This document shows, piece by piece, positions 23,724 through 36,806 of a stretch of 64,000 bases of DNA. The position numbers and the translations under genes were made by a program. This DNA comes from Caecitellus pseudoparvulus (taxonomy: Eukaryota > Protista > Bigyra: Bicosoecida), in assembly GCA_965644315.1 (NCBI GenBank), contig CBFFRQ010000093.1, forward strand, positions 124,001 to 188,000, in the 5' to 3' direction. The notes under the pieces were generated by a model that ran no database searches, was not told where the DNA came from, and worked only from the letters and a program-made list of their open reading frames with translations. How positions within the stretch are numbered: the first letter of the stretch is position 1; each line of letters starts with the position of its first letter.

Positions 23724-26700
23724 CGCAGACGGGACTCCCAATGCACTGGTCTCGGGTGCCGAAGGGGCGTGCGGCTCCTCCCCCCTGCCCGCCTGCAGCT
23801 GCTGTGCCAGGCGCGCCGGCAGGGCTGCCACACTGGCCTCCAGCTGCGCCTGCGCCGCTGCCAGCCTGCCGAGCATGGCGTGCAGGGTGGCGATGTGCCC
23901 CCCCCCCTGCCCCCCCCCACGGGGGGAGGGGCCTTCCCCCCACAGGGGGGTGCGCATCATGGCGCCGAGGGGGGAGGCGTGCCCCAGAGGCCGCGGGCGT
24001 GGGCTGGCCACGTCGCCGTAGTCCACGCTGTCCTCCTCATCACTGCTGTACCCGCCACTGCCCTGGCGCGGCGAGGGGGGCCCGCCGTCCCCCGACCCCC
24101 CCCCCCTGCGCCGCTCACGGTGTCTGTGGCGGTGGCGACGGGGCGCCCCCCGGAAGTGCACCTTGCGTGCCCCCCCCCTCCTCCTCCTCCCCCTGACCGC
24201 CCACAGCAGGCCCCGTCGCAGGGAAGGCGAAGTCTGTGGGTGGCACCTGCAGAGGTCGGGCGCCAGGGGGGGGACCCCGCCCCCCCCCCATCTTGGACTC
24301 TCCTCCAGACACGGGGTCCCCCACGAACTGAGGGGGCGGCGAGGGGGGTGGGGACCGGGGTGATGTGCCGGTGATGCCGGGTGCGGGGCTGGCCAGCGCC
24401 GCCATGAGGGCAGGCGTCCACCCCCCCGTGGACGCCGACATGCTGCGCCCCCCCACCGTGCCGCCACCCCCCCCGGTGCCGCCCATGGCCATTACACGTG
24501 CCGCCGCCTCAGCGGCCGCCAGCTGGCGATCTCGTGAGGCCCGTGAGGCGGCAGGGGAGCGCACGGGCATGCCGCCGGCGGCAGCGAGGTTTGCGGAGGC
24601 GGCGGATGCGATGCTAGATCGCGTGGAGGAGGGCGAGCGCAGGATGTGGTCCACGCCACGTGTGCCGCCCATGGCCAGCAGCGCCCGTTCGTTGCCCGGG
24701 GAGACAGAGCGAGCCCGCCCTCGTTGGCGGCCGGAGGGGGGGGGTGGGCCGGCATCCGGACCCCCCTCCTCCTCCTCCTCTGACGCCCGGGATGTGCCGG
24801 GGCTGGCTTGGGGACTGCCACGCGTCCCCCCCAGCAGCAGGGGGGAGGGGGGGCCCCCCGGCATGTCTTCCCCCAGCACCCGCGACCCCCGTCGCGTGAC
24901 GCCCGTGCGGAGGGGGTTGGGGACACCGCCCCCGCCCCCCCCCTCGCCGTGCCCGGCACTGGCGCCCTGTGAGAGGGTCGCCTTGTCCCGCCCCCCCAGC
25001 AGTGTGCGTGTGGAGCGCACCTCCACATCCCCCACAAAGGCACGGGGGTCCAGGGTGAGCTGCTCGGCAGCGGAGGAGGATGACGCGCCGATGCGGAAGG
25101 AAGCAGAAGGCATGATGGCGGGGTTGGCTGCCAGGATGCTGTCCAGACTGGTGGCGGCGGCGTACTGCGCCACCTCCTCCGCCGTCAACCCCACCGACAC
25201 GCCCAGCTCCATCATGCGCTGCAGGTACTCCGCTGGGACGAGGGGGCGCCCCAGCACCTCAGCGTAGCGGCGCAGGCGCTTGAGGGCGACGCGGCGCATG
25301 CGGCGTCCGAAGTCTTCGAACTCGGAACACACCACCTGGAGGTGTTCGCGGGACAGGGAGTACAGCTCGCAGTCCGTGACGGCCTGCGCCGACGCCACCC
25401 GCAGGGGGGAGAACAGCACGTCAGCGACGCCGAAAAAGGAGCCCGAGCCATAGCTGGTGACGCGGTCAGTGTCTGAGAACAAGTTCACGCGGCCGCGGGC
25501 CATCCAGAACATGTGCGTGGCGAAGGTGTGCTCGACGCAGACGAAGTCGCCCTGCGACACGTGCATGCGCACGAGGCGCTCCACGACGAACGCCTGCACG
25601 TCCTCCTCCTCCCGCCGCAGGGGCGGCAGCATGTGCAGCAACTTGCGGTTTGTGAACAGCACCACCTCCTTGCGCACGGCTGGGGCCAGCATGTCCAGGA
25701 TGGCAGCCGTGTGCTGTGCACTGGCCCGTGCTGCGTCGTGCTCTGCGCGCTCGAAGCTCTGGAACACGCGCGCCTTGAGCTTGCGGGGGAGGCGGGCGTC
25801 CCTCACGAAGTACTCCAGCTGCCGGCGGTGCTGCTTGGTGGTGCTGTGCTCCCGGTCCACGCTGGCCTGGATGTTGGCCATGGTGGACACCACCAGGCCC
25901 GTCCATGCCACACCCACCAACTGCACGAACACGGCGAACATGCGTTCCGAGTCGGTGGCGGGGACGATGTCGCCGTACCCGACGGAGGTGATGGTGGTGG
26001 CCACCCAGTACAGGGACACCAGGTACAGCTGGTCGTTGGGGGCGGCATCCAGCTCCGCCAGGGTCATCCAGTTGTCCCCCCCCTGCTCGCTGCCGATGAA
26101 GAACCAGAGGCAGGCCATGAAGTGCAGGGACAGCACCACCCAGAAGGTGGCGGCGAAGGCCCGGGCAATGGCGGGGTGCAGGTCAGTCAGCGCCTCGAAG
26201 CGCGTGAGGTAGCCCTGCAGGCGCACGACGCGCAGGAGGCGGAGCAGGCGCAGCAGGCGCAGCACGCGAATGGCACGGGGGAGGCGGGCCAGGCGCCCCA
26301 GGCGGTTGGCGGAGGTGGCGCCGCCCTCCTCGTCCCGCAGGATGAGGTCGAAGGGGATGGATGCGAGGAGGTCGATGATGAACCAGGACTTGACGTAGCG
26401 CAGGGCGATGGCGCGGGGGTCCACGACGATCTCTTCCGTGTGGTCGTCGGCGAAGGCCGTGACGAAGTGCAGGGCCATGTCCAGGAGGAAGGACACCCAC
26501 ACGAAGTACTCCACGACGAGCCACCCCGTCGTGTCGGGGTGGCTGAAGAAGATGCGGTAGGGCGTCACCACCGCCACGTACATGAGGGGCAGGAACATGA
26601 AGGGCTGCCACGCCGCCACCAGCCAGTGGTCAGGCAACAGCACCCACCAGGGCTTGCGCCCGATGAGCCGTGCGCGCATGATCCTGAGCGGGGGGGGGGC

Positions 26701-27153
26701 ACGGGAGTGTTTGTGCCAGGCGGCGTGAGCGCTGCGCCAGCCTGCCTGCCTCACCGATCTTGCCAGGCGTCTTCAAAGGCCACAGGCGTGCCGCCGTACA
26801 GGAGGGCTGACGCGTGATTCGCCTTCAGCGCGGCCACTGCCTGCAGCACGATCTGCACCGTGCGCCACTTGCTGCCAGGCTTCAGAGTGCGCTGTGGTGG
26901 AGGCAGGAAACAGACGTGAAACGCGACGCGGGGCGGCGGCGGCGGCCGTGCGCGGGGCGTGGCGCACCTGGGGCCGCCAGCGCCCAGAGGGCGTCCGAAC
27001 AAGGCCAGAGCCTCTGAAGAACTGCCCCTTGAAGCGCTCCCCTGGCTCCTCCAGCCCCAGAGTGCGGGAGCCGCGGGGCATGCCAGCTGCGGGGGAATCC
27101 AGCGTCGTTTCCTCCCCCACTGACACGACGGAGCCCGTGTCAGCGTGCGCCAT
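23715..27153 (-). CDS. Voltage-gated K+ channel with cyclic-nucleotide-binding domain (KCNH/HCN-like); two 5' introns; 3' end uncertain (24115 or 23715)
   Basis: YVKSWFIIDLLASIPFD, S4 RVLRLLRLLRLLRVVRL, filter TITSVGYGD, C-linker and CNBD (GSFFG...RVASAQAVTDCELYSLSR). Confidence 0.88.
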
Positions 27154-27384
27154 GGCAGGGGCCAGGGAATTGTATGTGTGCGTGACGTTGGGCCTGCTCG
27201 AGCAGCGGCTCCGGCGCCTGCCGCTGCTGCCTGCCGTCCCCCGCCAGGCGTGGTGATGTCTGCGCCGCCTGAAGCACGCGCACGCTTGCACTGCTGGGCG
27301 GAGGGCCAGGCGTGCGCGTGCCGGGCAGGTCTGGCACGTGACACGTGGCAGGGACCACGTGCAGTGTGTGTGTATTAGAATTAG

Positions 27385-29081
27385 TCACTTGCCGGCGCCG
27401 CCGCCGCCGCCCGCTGCTGGCGCGGTCACTGGCTCCAGCAGCTGCACGACGAGAGACCGCCCCGCCTTGCGGGCCGCGACGAGGGGCGTCTCCCGGAAGC
27501 GGTTGGTGAGGTTGGCGTCCGCCCCCGCCTCCAGCAGCATCGCCACGACGTCCGCATGCCCCGACCAGGCGGCGCAATTCAGCGCCGTGTACCGGCTGTC
27601 GGGCGCCTGCACATTCACGCCCGCACCACAGCGGCGCAGCAGCAGCTCCACGACGTCCTCCCGACCCGCCTGTGCCGCCTGCATGAGGGGCGTCAGGCGG
27701 CGCTTGTCATTGGCGCTGCAGTCCACCCACTGCAAGTGGGGGGGGGCCGCCGCCACCGCCGCCGCCACCTCCGCCGCACTGGTGCCTTCCGGCAGGATGA
27801 GGGCGTGCTTGGCCAGGTGGGCCTGGATGGCGGGCAGGTCGGCGCGGTCCCGCAGCAGCTGCCCGACGCCGGCCACCCAGTCCTGCGGCGTTTCGCCGAT
27901 GTCCACTGCGGCCGCTGCCGCCACCTGCCCCACGGCAGCCAGGGTGGCGGTGTCCGTCAAGTTGGCCGTGTCCCGGATGGCCTGAGGGGAGAACGTCCAC
28001 ACCTTGCCCACCTCCACGTGCAGCGTCAAGTTGAACTCGGCGGCGGTGGCCTGCACTGCTGCCTGCACGCCCGGCGCCTCCCACCCGCCGCCCACGATGT
28101 GCGTTTCGGCGTGGTGCCCCTTCACCTCCACCTGCTTCTGCGCCATGTTCTTCACGATGCTGCGCAACAGCCGCAGCGCCTCCCGGTACTCCCGCGGCGC
28201 GTCCACGTACACGACGTTGGGGAAGATGCCCATGTATGCGAGCTTGCGCACGGCAAATTCCGCAGACGCCCGCAGCGCCGTCACTGCGTTGGCGTGCTGC
28301 CACACGTTGGCGTGGAAGTGCGTCTCCATGGGCTGTGGCAGGGCAGCATAGAAGGCTGCCGTGTCAGCCTGCCCGCCTGCCGCCGCGTGTGCCGCTGCGA
28401 ACGCCGCGTCCCAGACATCCACGGCATACACAAGGCTGTCTTCGCCGCGCAGGTCAGCCAGGGCCAGCGTGGCAGCGCCAGTGCCTGCGCCGAGGTCCAG
28501 GAGGACTTTGTGCCGGCCCTGCACCACCTGCTGCAGCACTCGGCGGTGGGCTTCCCCGAAGCAGCTGCTGTCCAGAGTGGCAGGTAGGTCGGGTCGAGTG
28601 GTGGGCCATGGCACGTCCATGTCGTCGCCAGACACGGGGGGCAGCTTGGGCCACGCCGACGTGCTGCGTTTCGCGGGTGGCTGCGCACCGCCTTGCGTCC
28701 GAGGGCGCTTGCTGCTGCCCCGAGCTTGGGCGGCCTGGGCGGCCTGGGACGCGGTCGGTGGCGCAGGCAGGCTGGTGCCTGAAGCCAGGTGCAGCCAGAA
28801 CTTGGCGCCAGTGCTGGTGCGTTTGCCCCAGGCCCAGCCGACAGGCAGGGCCGGGTCATGCCACAGTGCCAGGCCAGTGGTCACGTTGGAAAAGTACTTG
28901 GTGCCCTCCCGGCGCGAGACGCGCGCCAGCCAGCCTGGGCAGGCGTGCAGTGGAAACGTGCGTGAAACGCCCCGCGTCGCTCCCCTGTGGCCGGCAGTGT
29001 GGCGCACGGCAAGCAGCCCCTGTGCGCAGTGCGGTGCTTACCTGGCGGGGCGTCATCTGGCCACCGGCTCTGCCAGTCCAT
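27385..29081 (-). CDS. WW-WW + class I SAM-dependent methyltransferase-like + ankyrin repeat protein; one 5' intron
   Basis: Exon 1 MDWQSRWPDDAPPG then donor GTAAG at 29041. WW-like GWLARVSRREGTKYFSNVTTGLALWHDP and LPVGWAWGKRTSTGAKFWLHLASG. MTase motifs LDLGAGTG, VYAVDVW and VVYVDA. Ankyrin motifs TPLMQAAQAG, TALNCAAWSG and ETPLVAARKAG. Confidence 0.75.
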
Positions 29082-29514
29082 GCTGCCCGGCCCTGGCCGA
29101 GGGGTGCGCTGGGTGACGTGCGCGCTCACTGTGCTGCGGGGGGCGGCACGCCCCGCCCAGGTGGGCAGCGGCACTGGGCACCCAGCGACCTGGCAGGGGA
29201 GGTGGGACGTTGCACACGCTGGGCCATGGGTTGTGCTGGGCGGGGGTGGCCAGGCGTGGCAGCCCCGGAGGGGGGGGTGCTCGGCATTTGAAGGGGCCCT
29301 CACAACTTCCGCAGGCCGTTGGCGGGTGTGCGTTTCCCGGGGGCCCCCCGGCACACGCGCGCATGCGGCAAACCCCCCCCACCTCACCGTGCACAGCTCT
29401 CACAAGGGAGCGCAAGGAACACACTGGCCCCAAGTCCAGTGTGTGTCGGCGGCTGCGTTTGCGGTCTTTGAAGCGGTAATTGGCCTGGGAAGCTGTCCGC
29501 GCAGACGCGTCAGC

Positions 29515-32512
29515 ATGCAGGGCGGATTGCACCCCGTAGGGGGCATGGACGACCACGGCGCCTCACGCACGCGCGTCGTGAAGAACAAGTACAACCTCGC
29601 GTGCCAGGCGTGCGCCGACGCGAAGCGCAAGTGCGACGGTGCGTGCCGTTTGCTGTGCTGCTCCACAGCCGTGCGGATGTTGACGCAAAATCCGCAGTTG
29701 CCGGCGGTGCCTGAGGGCAGGCCTGTGCACTTTCACCCCCCTGGCACTGCATCGTGAATTGCACCGCTCTCCGCGCAGGGGACCGGCCGTGCAAGCGCTG
29801 CAGGGTGAGTTCATTGGCCGTGTTGCAGCTGGTGCACAGCTGCAATTCCGCACCCTTGCCAGCCACACAAACGTGCCTGCCGCGGCCCAGGGGTGCTCCC
29901 AGGCCCCACAAAACACTGCAGCACCAAGCCGGCACCCCCCTGCACCCCCTGCCCGCGCCCCTCCGCCACAGAAGCTGAGCATTCCCTGCGTTGACCGCGT
30001 GCGCAAGCCACGCGGTGGCGCCCGGCCTCGGCGGGGTGGCTCCGACAGCGTCATGGGCGGCCGCAAGCGCAAGTACGACAAGAGCAAGATGGACGACTTG
30101 GCGGGGCTGATGGACCCCCTGGGCAACTACGGCAAACGCCGGTCAGGAGACATCATGGCCGACCTGGGGCACTTCGCAGGGGCGGGGTTGTCGTCCTTCC
30201 CCGGCGGCGTGCCCGACCTCTCGGGGCTGCCCTTCGCCATGCAGGGCGGCATGGACTTCACCGGCATCGGCTCCCTGCCCGGCATGGGCGCCGGCATCCC
30301 CGCCATGCCCGCCATGGGCGTCGGCGGCGTCTCCGCTGGCCTCCCCGGCACCGCCGGCCTCACGTCCTCCTCCGCCATGCACCTGGGCGGCATGCCCACG
30401 GCGGGCTTTGCCATGGGTGGCTCAGCGCCGTACGGCTCCACCAGCTGGGCTTCGGGCGGTGGTGCGGGGCTGGTGGACCCCGTCACCTCCACTGGCTTGG
30501 CGGGCATGCCGCTGCCCCCTGGCTCCGCTGGCGTGCTGCCTGGGACAGGCCCCATGAGCAGCCTGACGGACCCCGCCACCCTCACCACCAGCGCGGGCAT
30601 GTCTGCTGCCTTGACGCCGCTGCCTGGCATGGGCGGTGCGACGCCGGGCGGTGGCGGGGCTGACGGCGCAGTGACCACCGCCACCTCCACGGGCACCAGC
30701 ACAGTGGCAGGCGCCACTGCCGCCGCCCCCGCCACTGGCGGCTCCACGCCTGCAGGGGACGGCAAGGGCGCCACCGCCCCGGGTAACTTCATCAACATCC
30801 TGGCTGAGGCGGCCAGCATGCCCGCCCTGTCCCCCCGTGACGCGGCCGCCGACAAGCCCGCCACTGACACTGCACCCGCTGCCGCCGCCGCCACCAGTGA
30901 GGGCGGTGAGGGCGGTGGCGGCGGGGGTGACCCGGCCCCGGCCCCAGGCCAAGGCTCCGCTGCGCCTGAGGGCCAGGATTTTAGGTGCGCTGACGAGCGC
31001 GAAGCACCTACACACACTATCGCCGGCACCGCAACCGGCGGCCATCTGGGGGGGACGCCCACCCAGGGCAACACAACTGCGAAGGGAGGAGAGAGTGCAC
31101 CGGCACCGGCACCGGCACCGCACCTGCCGCCGTTTCCCGACCTGCTGCGTGGCGGCGGGGGGGGGCCCGGCGGCGGCGAGGGGGGGGTGCACCCGGTCCA
31201 AGTGTGGGCGGGGGGGGGCGACACGGTGTCCGCCCCCCCCGCCCTGGCACTGGCATCCGCGCGCGTGGCGGGGGTGGTGCACCACGCGCCGCCGCCTGCC
31301 TCCGTGGGCGGTAAGCCTGGTGCCGAGGACGAGCCCAGTGGCATCACCATGCCGGGGTGGGCGGCGGCGGTCCACATGCCGCTGGCGGAGGATGCGGCCG
31401 CCGCCCGGCGGGCTGTGGCGGCGTGCGCCGTGCCCTGCTTCCGCATGACGTTTGCGCACGAGGTGAAGGGCGGCGGGGGGGGCGATGGGCCCACCACCAC
31501 CACCTCCGCTGGCGCCGTGCTGGCTTGGGTGCGGGGCGCAGTGCCCACTGCCACGTACGCCAATTTGGAGGCTGCAGAGATGCTGGGGCTGGGGGCAGAG
31601 GACTTTGCGGCAGGTGGCGGGGGGGGCCCCTTCGCCCCCACCACCTTCATGCACCCGGCCAGCGTGCGGAGGCATCTGGCCCAAACGGCTGCGCTGCAGG
31701 CAGCCATGGTGGGGGTGTGTGCGGTGGGGGCGGCGGCACCCCCCCCCACCGCCTTCCCCACGGGCCTGCGCCCCATGGTGGGGGGCCAGGGGGGCGGCCA
31801 GTCGGCGCTGGGGTTCGCTCGGGCGCCGTCCCGCGTGTGGGCGGCGAATGGGCCCATGGTGGCGCTGCGGGCGGGGCGGCTGGGGCAGGGGCCTGGGGCC
31901 ACCTTCACCGCTCTGCGCTGTGCCACGCACGTGGGGGTGGACTGGTGGTTGCCGGCGGGTTGGCGGGGGGGCGGCGGCATGCCGGGCGGCGGCGACGTCA
32001 CCCTGGACACCGTCGCCAACCACTGGCCCCGCCTTCGTGCCATCACCTGCTACATCGTGCAGCATGCGCCAGGGGGGGTGCCCCGCCCCCTGGCCCCCCC
32101 CGCCCCGCCAACCAAGGGCCGAGCGTACTCCCTGGACACGGGCTCCTCTGCCAACGGCACGGTGTCCCCCGCCCCCTCCTCCACCCACGGCGAGGGGTGG
32201 CTGGCTCCAGGCACCTCGGACACCCTGCTGCTGCCGCCTGCTCTTGAGCCTGCCACGGCAGTGCCCCAGGATGTGGCCGACGCCACGGCAGCGGGGGTGG
32301 AGGAGGAGGAGGGGGGGGACATCGTGCCGGGGGCAGCTGTGGCTGCGGCAGGGGAGGCCCTGCTCACCAGCATGCTGCTGGCGCAGCCTCACGCCTTCCG
32401 CCACGGGTGGCCCGCCAGCCCCGCCGCCCTGGCCTCCGCCCTCACGGCATACTTGAAGGCGCAAGTGGTACTGACGCGGGCAGCTGCCGAGGCGGTGTTG
32501 GGGTGGCACTGA
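29515..32512 (+). CDS. Zn(II)2Cys6 binuclear-cluster transcription factor; introns 29639-29778 and 29805-29971
   Basis: Splicing gives ACQACADAKRKCDGDRPCKRCRKLSIPC (CX2CX6CX5CX2CX6C), followed by a basic RKPR/RKRK region and a long Gly/Ala/Pro/Met-rich region. Confidence 0.85.
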
Positions 32513-32672
32513 TGTGCGTGAGCGACGGGGGGCCTGCCTTGCAATGCATGCGCCTCCGAGAGCAGTGTCGCCACCATGGCAAATTCCTCACGCACGCCGA
32601 GTTCCGCACCGTGCCCCCCGGCTCCCGCGTGCGTGTGTGGAGCCGTGTGCACCACCCACTCACTGCTGCATC

Positions 32673-35600
32673 ATGTCAGGACAGGGCAGCTCAGGCGCCC
32701 CCTCGGGGCTGGGCGGCCTGTACGACGGCTTGCCTGGCGCCGAGGTGGAGGACACAGGTGGTACCGCTGGTGCCAGCCACCCGGCAACGCTGGCGCTGGC
32801 GCAGCGCAGCGCGGAGGGGCAGGCGACCTCCGAGGAAGCCACCGACGCACAAATGCTGCAGGAACTGCGGGAAGCGCACACGGGCAAAGTGAACACGCGC
32901 ATTGCTGACCGGGAGAGCGACGTGCGTGATCGGGCTCAATTTCCGCAGACGGCACCCGCCGCGGCTCCCCCGCCGTCTCTCGCTGGCTGTCACTCGGCAC
33001 CCACCTCCCCTCACTGCACAGTACCACAAGCGCCGGTTCAAGCATGCAGAGCTGTCGCCGACCAAGGGCGACGCCTTCGCAGGGTCCACCCCTGCACGCT
33101 CGTACGCGGAGTCCATGGCGCTGAAGGAGGTGGCACGGGAGAAGGCCAGCCTCACCCGCAAGATCCAGAAGCAGGAGGAGGAGACAGAGCGCATGCTGGC
33201 GGCGGCCAAGGACCGCGCCGCTGCCGCTGCCGCCGCTGCAGCCTCCAGTGCTCTGCCGCACGCCTCGGGAGTCGGGGCGGGTGCGGCAGGTGGGCCCACG
33301 GGTGGGCGCAAGCGGCGGCGGTGGGATTCTGCTGCGCCCAGCGCCAGCTCCGGCAGTGTGGGGGGTGACCCTGACGCGACGCCCATCATGGGCGCCGGCG
33401 CTGACGCAACCCCCGTCATGGGCGCTGGCGCTGGGCGGTGGGGTGAGACGCCGGTGAACGCGGCAGAGTCCTGGACCTCGTCAGCTGCAGGCGCAACGCC
33501 CGTGGGCAGTGCTGCCGCCACCCCACTGGCAGGCGCTGCCGCCGGCTTCGGCGTCACGCCTGCCCCAGGCCGCAAGCGCTCTCGGTGGGATGCCACCCCC
33601 GTGGATGCGGGGGCCGGGTCGGGGGCGGGCGGTGCCGCGCCCACGCCCCTCCTGGCGGCTGCCAGCGCCCAGGCAGCAGCCGTGGCGGCGGGCTTGACGC
33701 CGTCTGGGCGGGGGGTGGGCGCCACGCCGCTGGGGTCCATGACGCCAGTCCTCGCCAAGGCGGTGCGGGCAGAGGCCGAGATGGCCGCCCGCAACGCCTA
33801 CCTCACCGACGCCGAGCTGGATGAGATGATGCCAGTGGAGGGGTACGACATCCTGGACCCCCCCGCGTCATACGTGCCCATCCGCACGCCGGCGCGCAAG
33901 CTGCTGACGACGCCGGCGCCACTGGGGGCGGATGGGGGGGGGGGCTTCACCATGCAGGAGGGGGGTGGCGCCACCCTGGAGCAGGTGGGCCTGACCAAGG
34001 AGCTGCACGGGGACGTGGCGGAGGTGCTGGGCATCTCGGACCTGCCCCCCATGCGGCCTGAGGATGCCCAGTTCTTCGGCGCACTGCTGGAGCCCGTGCC
34101 CCTGGCGGAAGACGGCGAGACGCCCGACCTGACGAAGCAGGAGCTGGCGGAGCGCCGCATCATGGCCCTGCTGCTGAAGGTGAAGAACGGCATGCCCCAC
34201 CAGCGCAAGCAGGGCATGCGGGCCCTGACACGCGGCGCGCGGGATTTTGGCGCGTCGGCGCTCTTCAACCAGCTGCTGCCGCTCATGCTGAGCCCGGCGC
34301 TGGAGGACCAGGAGCGGCACACGCTGGTGAAGCTCATCGACCGCATCATCTTCCAGCTGGACGACGCCGTGCGGCCGCACGTGAAGAACATCCTGCGTGT
34401 TGTCGAGCCCATGCTCATCGACGAGGACTACTACGCCCGGGTAGAGGCGCGTGAGATTATCTCCAACGTCGCCAAGGCGGCAGGGCTGGCCACCATGATC
34501 AGCGTCATGCGCCCAGACATCGACGACGCTGACGAGTACGTGCGCAACTGCACGGCGCGCGCCTTCGCCGTCGTCGCGTCGGCGCTGGGCATCCCCGCCA
34601 TCCTACCCTTCCTCAAGGCCGTCGCCCAGAGCACGCGGTCGTGGGAGGCGCGCCACACGGGCGTCAAGATCGTCCAACGCATCGCCATCCTGCAGGGCTG
34701 CGCTGTGCTGCCCCACCTGAAGCACATGGTGGACATCATCGGCCACGGGCTGAGCGACCCCAGCACCAAGGTGCAAGCCATCACGGCGCACGCCATCGCC
34801 GCCCTGGGGGAGGCGGCCTACCCCTACGGCATTGAGGCCTTTGACAGCGTGCTGCAGGCGCTGTGGCGGGGCGTGAAGAACCACTCCGGCAAGACGCTGT
34901 CGGCGTACTTGAAGGCCAACGGCGCCATCATCCCGCTCATGGACGCCGAGTACGCCGCCAGCCTCACGCGGGTGGTCATGCCCTCCCTCATCCGGCAGTT
35001 CTCCAACCCCGACTCGGAGATCAAGCGCACCGTGCTGAAGGTCGTGCAGCAGTGTGTCGGCACGGAGGGCGTGGAGGTGGACTACGTCATGGCGGAGGTG
35101 CTACCCGAGTTCTTCCGCTGCTTCTGGGTGCGCCGCACCGCCCTGGACCGGCGGGATGCCGCCGCCCTCGTGGCAACGACCGTGGAGGTGGCCACCAAGG
35201 TGGGCCTGGCGCCCGTCCTGGAGCGCATCGTGGGGGACCTCAAGGACGAGGCGGAGGCGTACCGCGTCATGGTCATGGACGCTGTGCAGCAGTGCGTGGC
35301 CAACCTGGGTGCGGGGGACGTCGGCCCCCGCCTGGAGGAGCGCCTCGTGGACGGCATCGTGTTCGCCTTCCAGGAGCAGGCGGGGGACACCGGCGCCGGC
35401 ACCATCCTGGACGGCTTCGGCACCGTCGTGCGCGCCCTCGGCGTGCGCTCCAAGCCGTACCTGACCCAGTTCGCCGGCAGCATCAAGTGGCGCCTGGGCA
35501 ACACCAGCTCCAAGGTGCGCATGCTGGCGGCAGACTTGACAGCCCGCATCGCGGGTGTATTTGTCGCCTGTGGCGAGGAGACGCACCTCACGCACCTGGG

Positions 35601-36684
35601 CGTCGTCCTGTACGAGAGCCTGGGGGAGGAGTACCCAGAGGTGCTGGGCAGCATCCTGCGCGGCCTCACCGCCATCGTGTCCGTGGTGGGCATGGCAGCC
35701 ATGCAGCCGCCCGTGGCGGACCTGCTGCCGCGCCTGACGCCCATCCTGAAGAACCGGCACGAGAAGGTCATGGGCGCCTGCATCCAGCTGGTGGGCCGCA
35801 TCGCCGACCGCGGCAGTGAGTTCGTGTCGGCACTGGAGTGGATGCGCATCTGCTACGACCTGCTGGAGCTGCTGAAGGCCGACAAGAAGAGCATTCGGCG
35901 GGCCACCGTGAACACGTTCGGCTTCATCGCCAAGGCCGTGGGGCCGCAGGACGTCATGCACGTGCTGCTGAACAACCTCCGCGTGCAAGAGCGCACGCTG
36001 CGCGTCTGCACCACCGTCGCCATCGCCATCGTAGCTGAGACCTGCCAGCCCTTCACCGTCCTGCCCGCCCTCATGAACGAGTACCGCATCCCCGACCTCA
36101 ACGTGCAGAACGGCGTGCTGAAAGCTCTCTCCTTCCTCTTCCAGTACATCGGCGAGATGGGCAAGGACTACGTGTACAGCCTGCTGTCCCTGCTCGAGGA
36201 CGCCCTCACCGAGCGCGACCTCGTGCACCGCCAAATCGCGTGCAACGTCGTCTTCCACGCCGCCCTCGGCGTCGCGGGGCTGGGCTGCGAAGACGCCATG
36301 GTGCACCTGCTCAACTTCGTGTGGCCCAACGCTTTCGAGCAGGCGCCGCACTTCAAGAAGTGCGTCTTCGAGGCGGTGGAGGGCATCCGTGTGGCGGTGG
36401 GCGGCGGGCGCATCCTGCAGTATGTCCTGCAGGGCCTCTTCCACCCTGCTCGCCGCGTGCGGGAGGTGTACTGGAAGCTGTACAACAACCTGTACGTGTA
36501 CGCGGCGGACCAGCTGACGCCGTTTTACCCGCGGCTGGAGCCTGACGTCAGCTCGGCCGCAGCGGCCGAGGCCATCGTCGCCGCCACGTCAGGGCCAGAG
36601 GGGCACCTGGCTGCCAAGCAAGTGCTGCAGGAGGCTGCCATTGTGAACGACTACCGCCGCACGTGGATGGAGGTGATTGTGTGA
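32673..36684 (+). CDS. SF3B1: Splicing factor 3B subunit 1; one 5' intron
   Basis: RIADRE, ULM motifs RKRRRWD and [22 protein letters not shown], the HEAT region [19 protein letters not shown], and [17 protein letters not shown]. Confidence 0.97.
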
Positions 36685-36806
36685 GGGGGGGGGGCAGGGG
36701 TCAGCCTGCGCACAATTCACACTCCACGCGGACCCCCCGTCACAGACACTCGCCATCGTCTGCGCCACCCAGCCAGCCCTGGCACACACCTGGGCGCCCG
36801 TCCGCC

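Noticed and set aside
24106-24118. 13-nt GT-AG 'micro-intron' that would restore the channel frame
   Set aside because: It is shorter than known spliceosomal introns and adjoins an error-prone homopolymer. A 61-nt intron or an indel explains the shift more simply.
34500-36200. SF3B1 carrying cancer-hotspot or drug-resistance-like substitutions
   Set aside because: By eye, the equivalents of E622, R625, H662, K666, K700, R1074 and V1078 are conserved; the other changes look like ordinary divergence.
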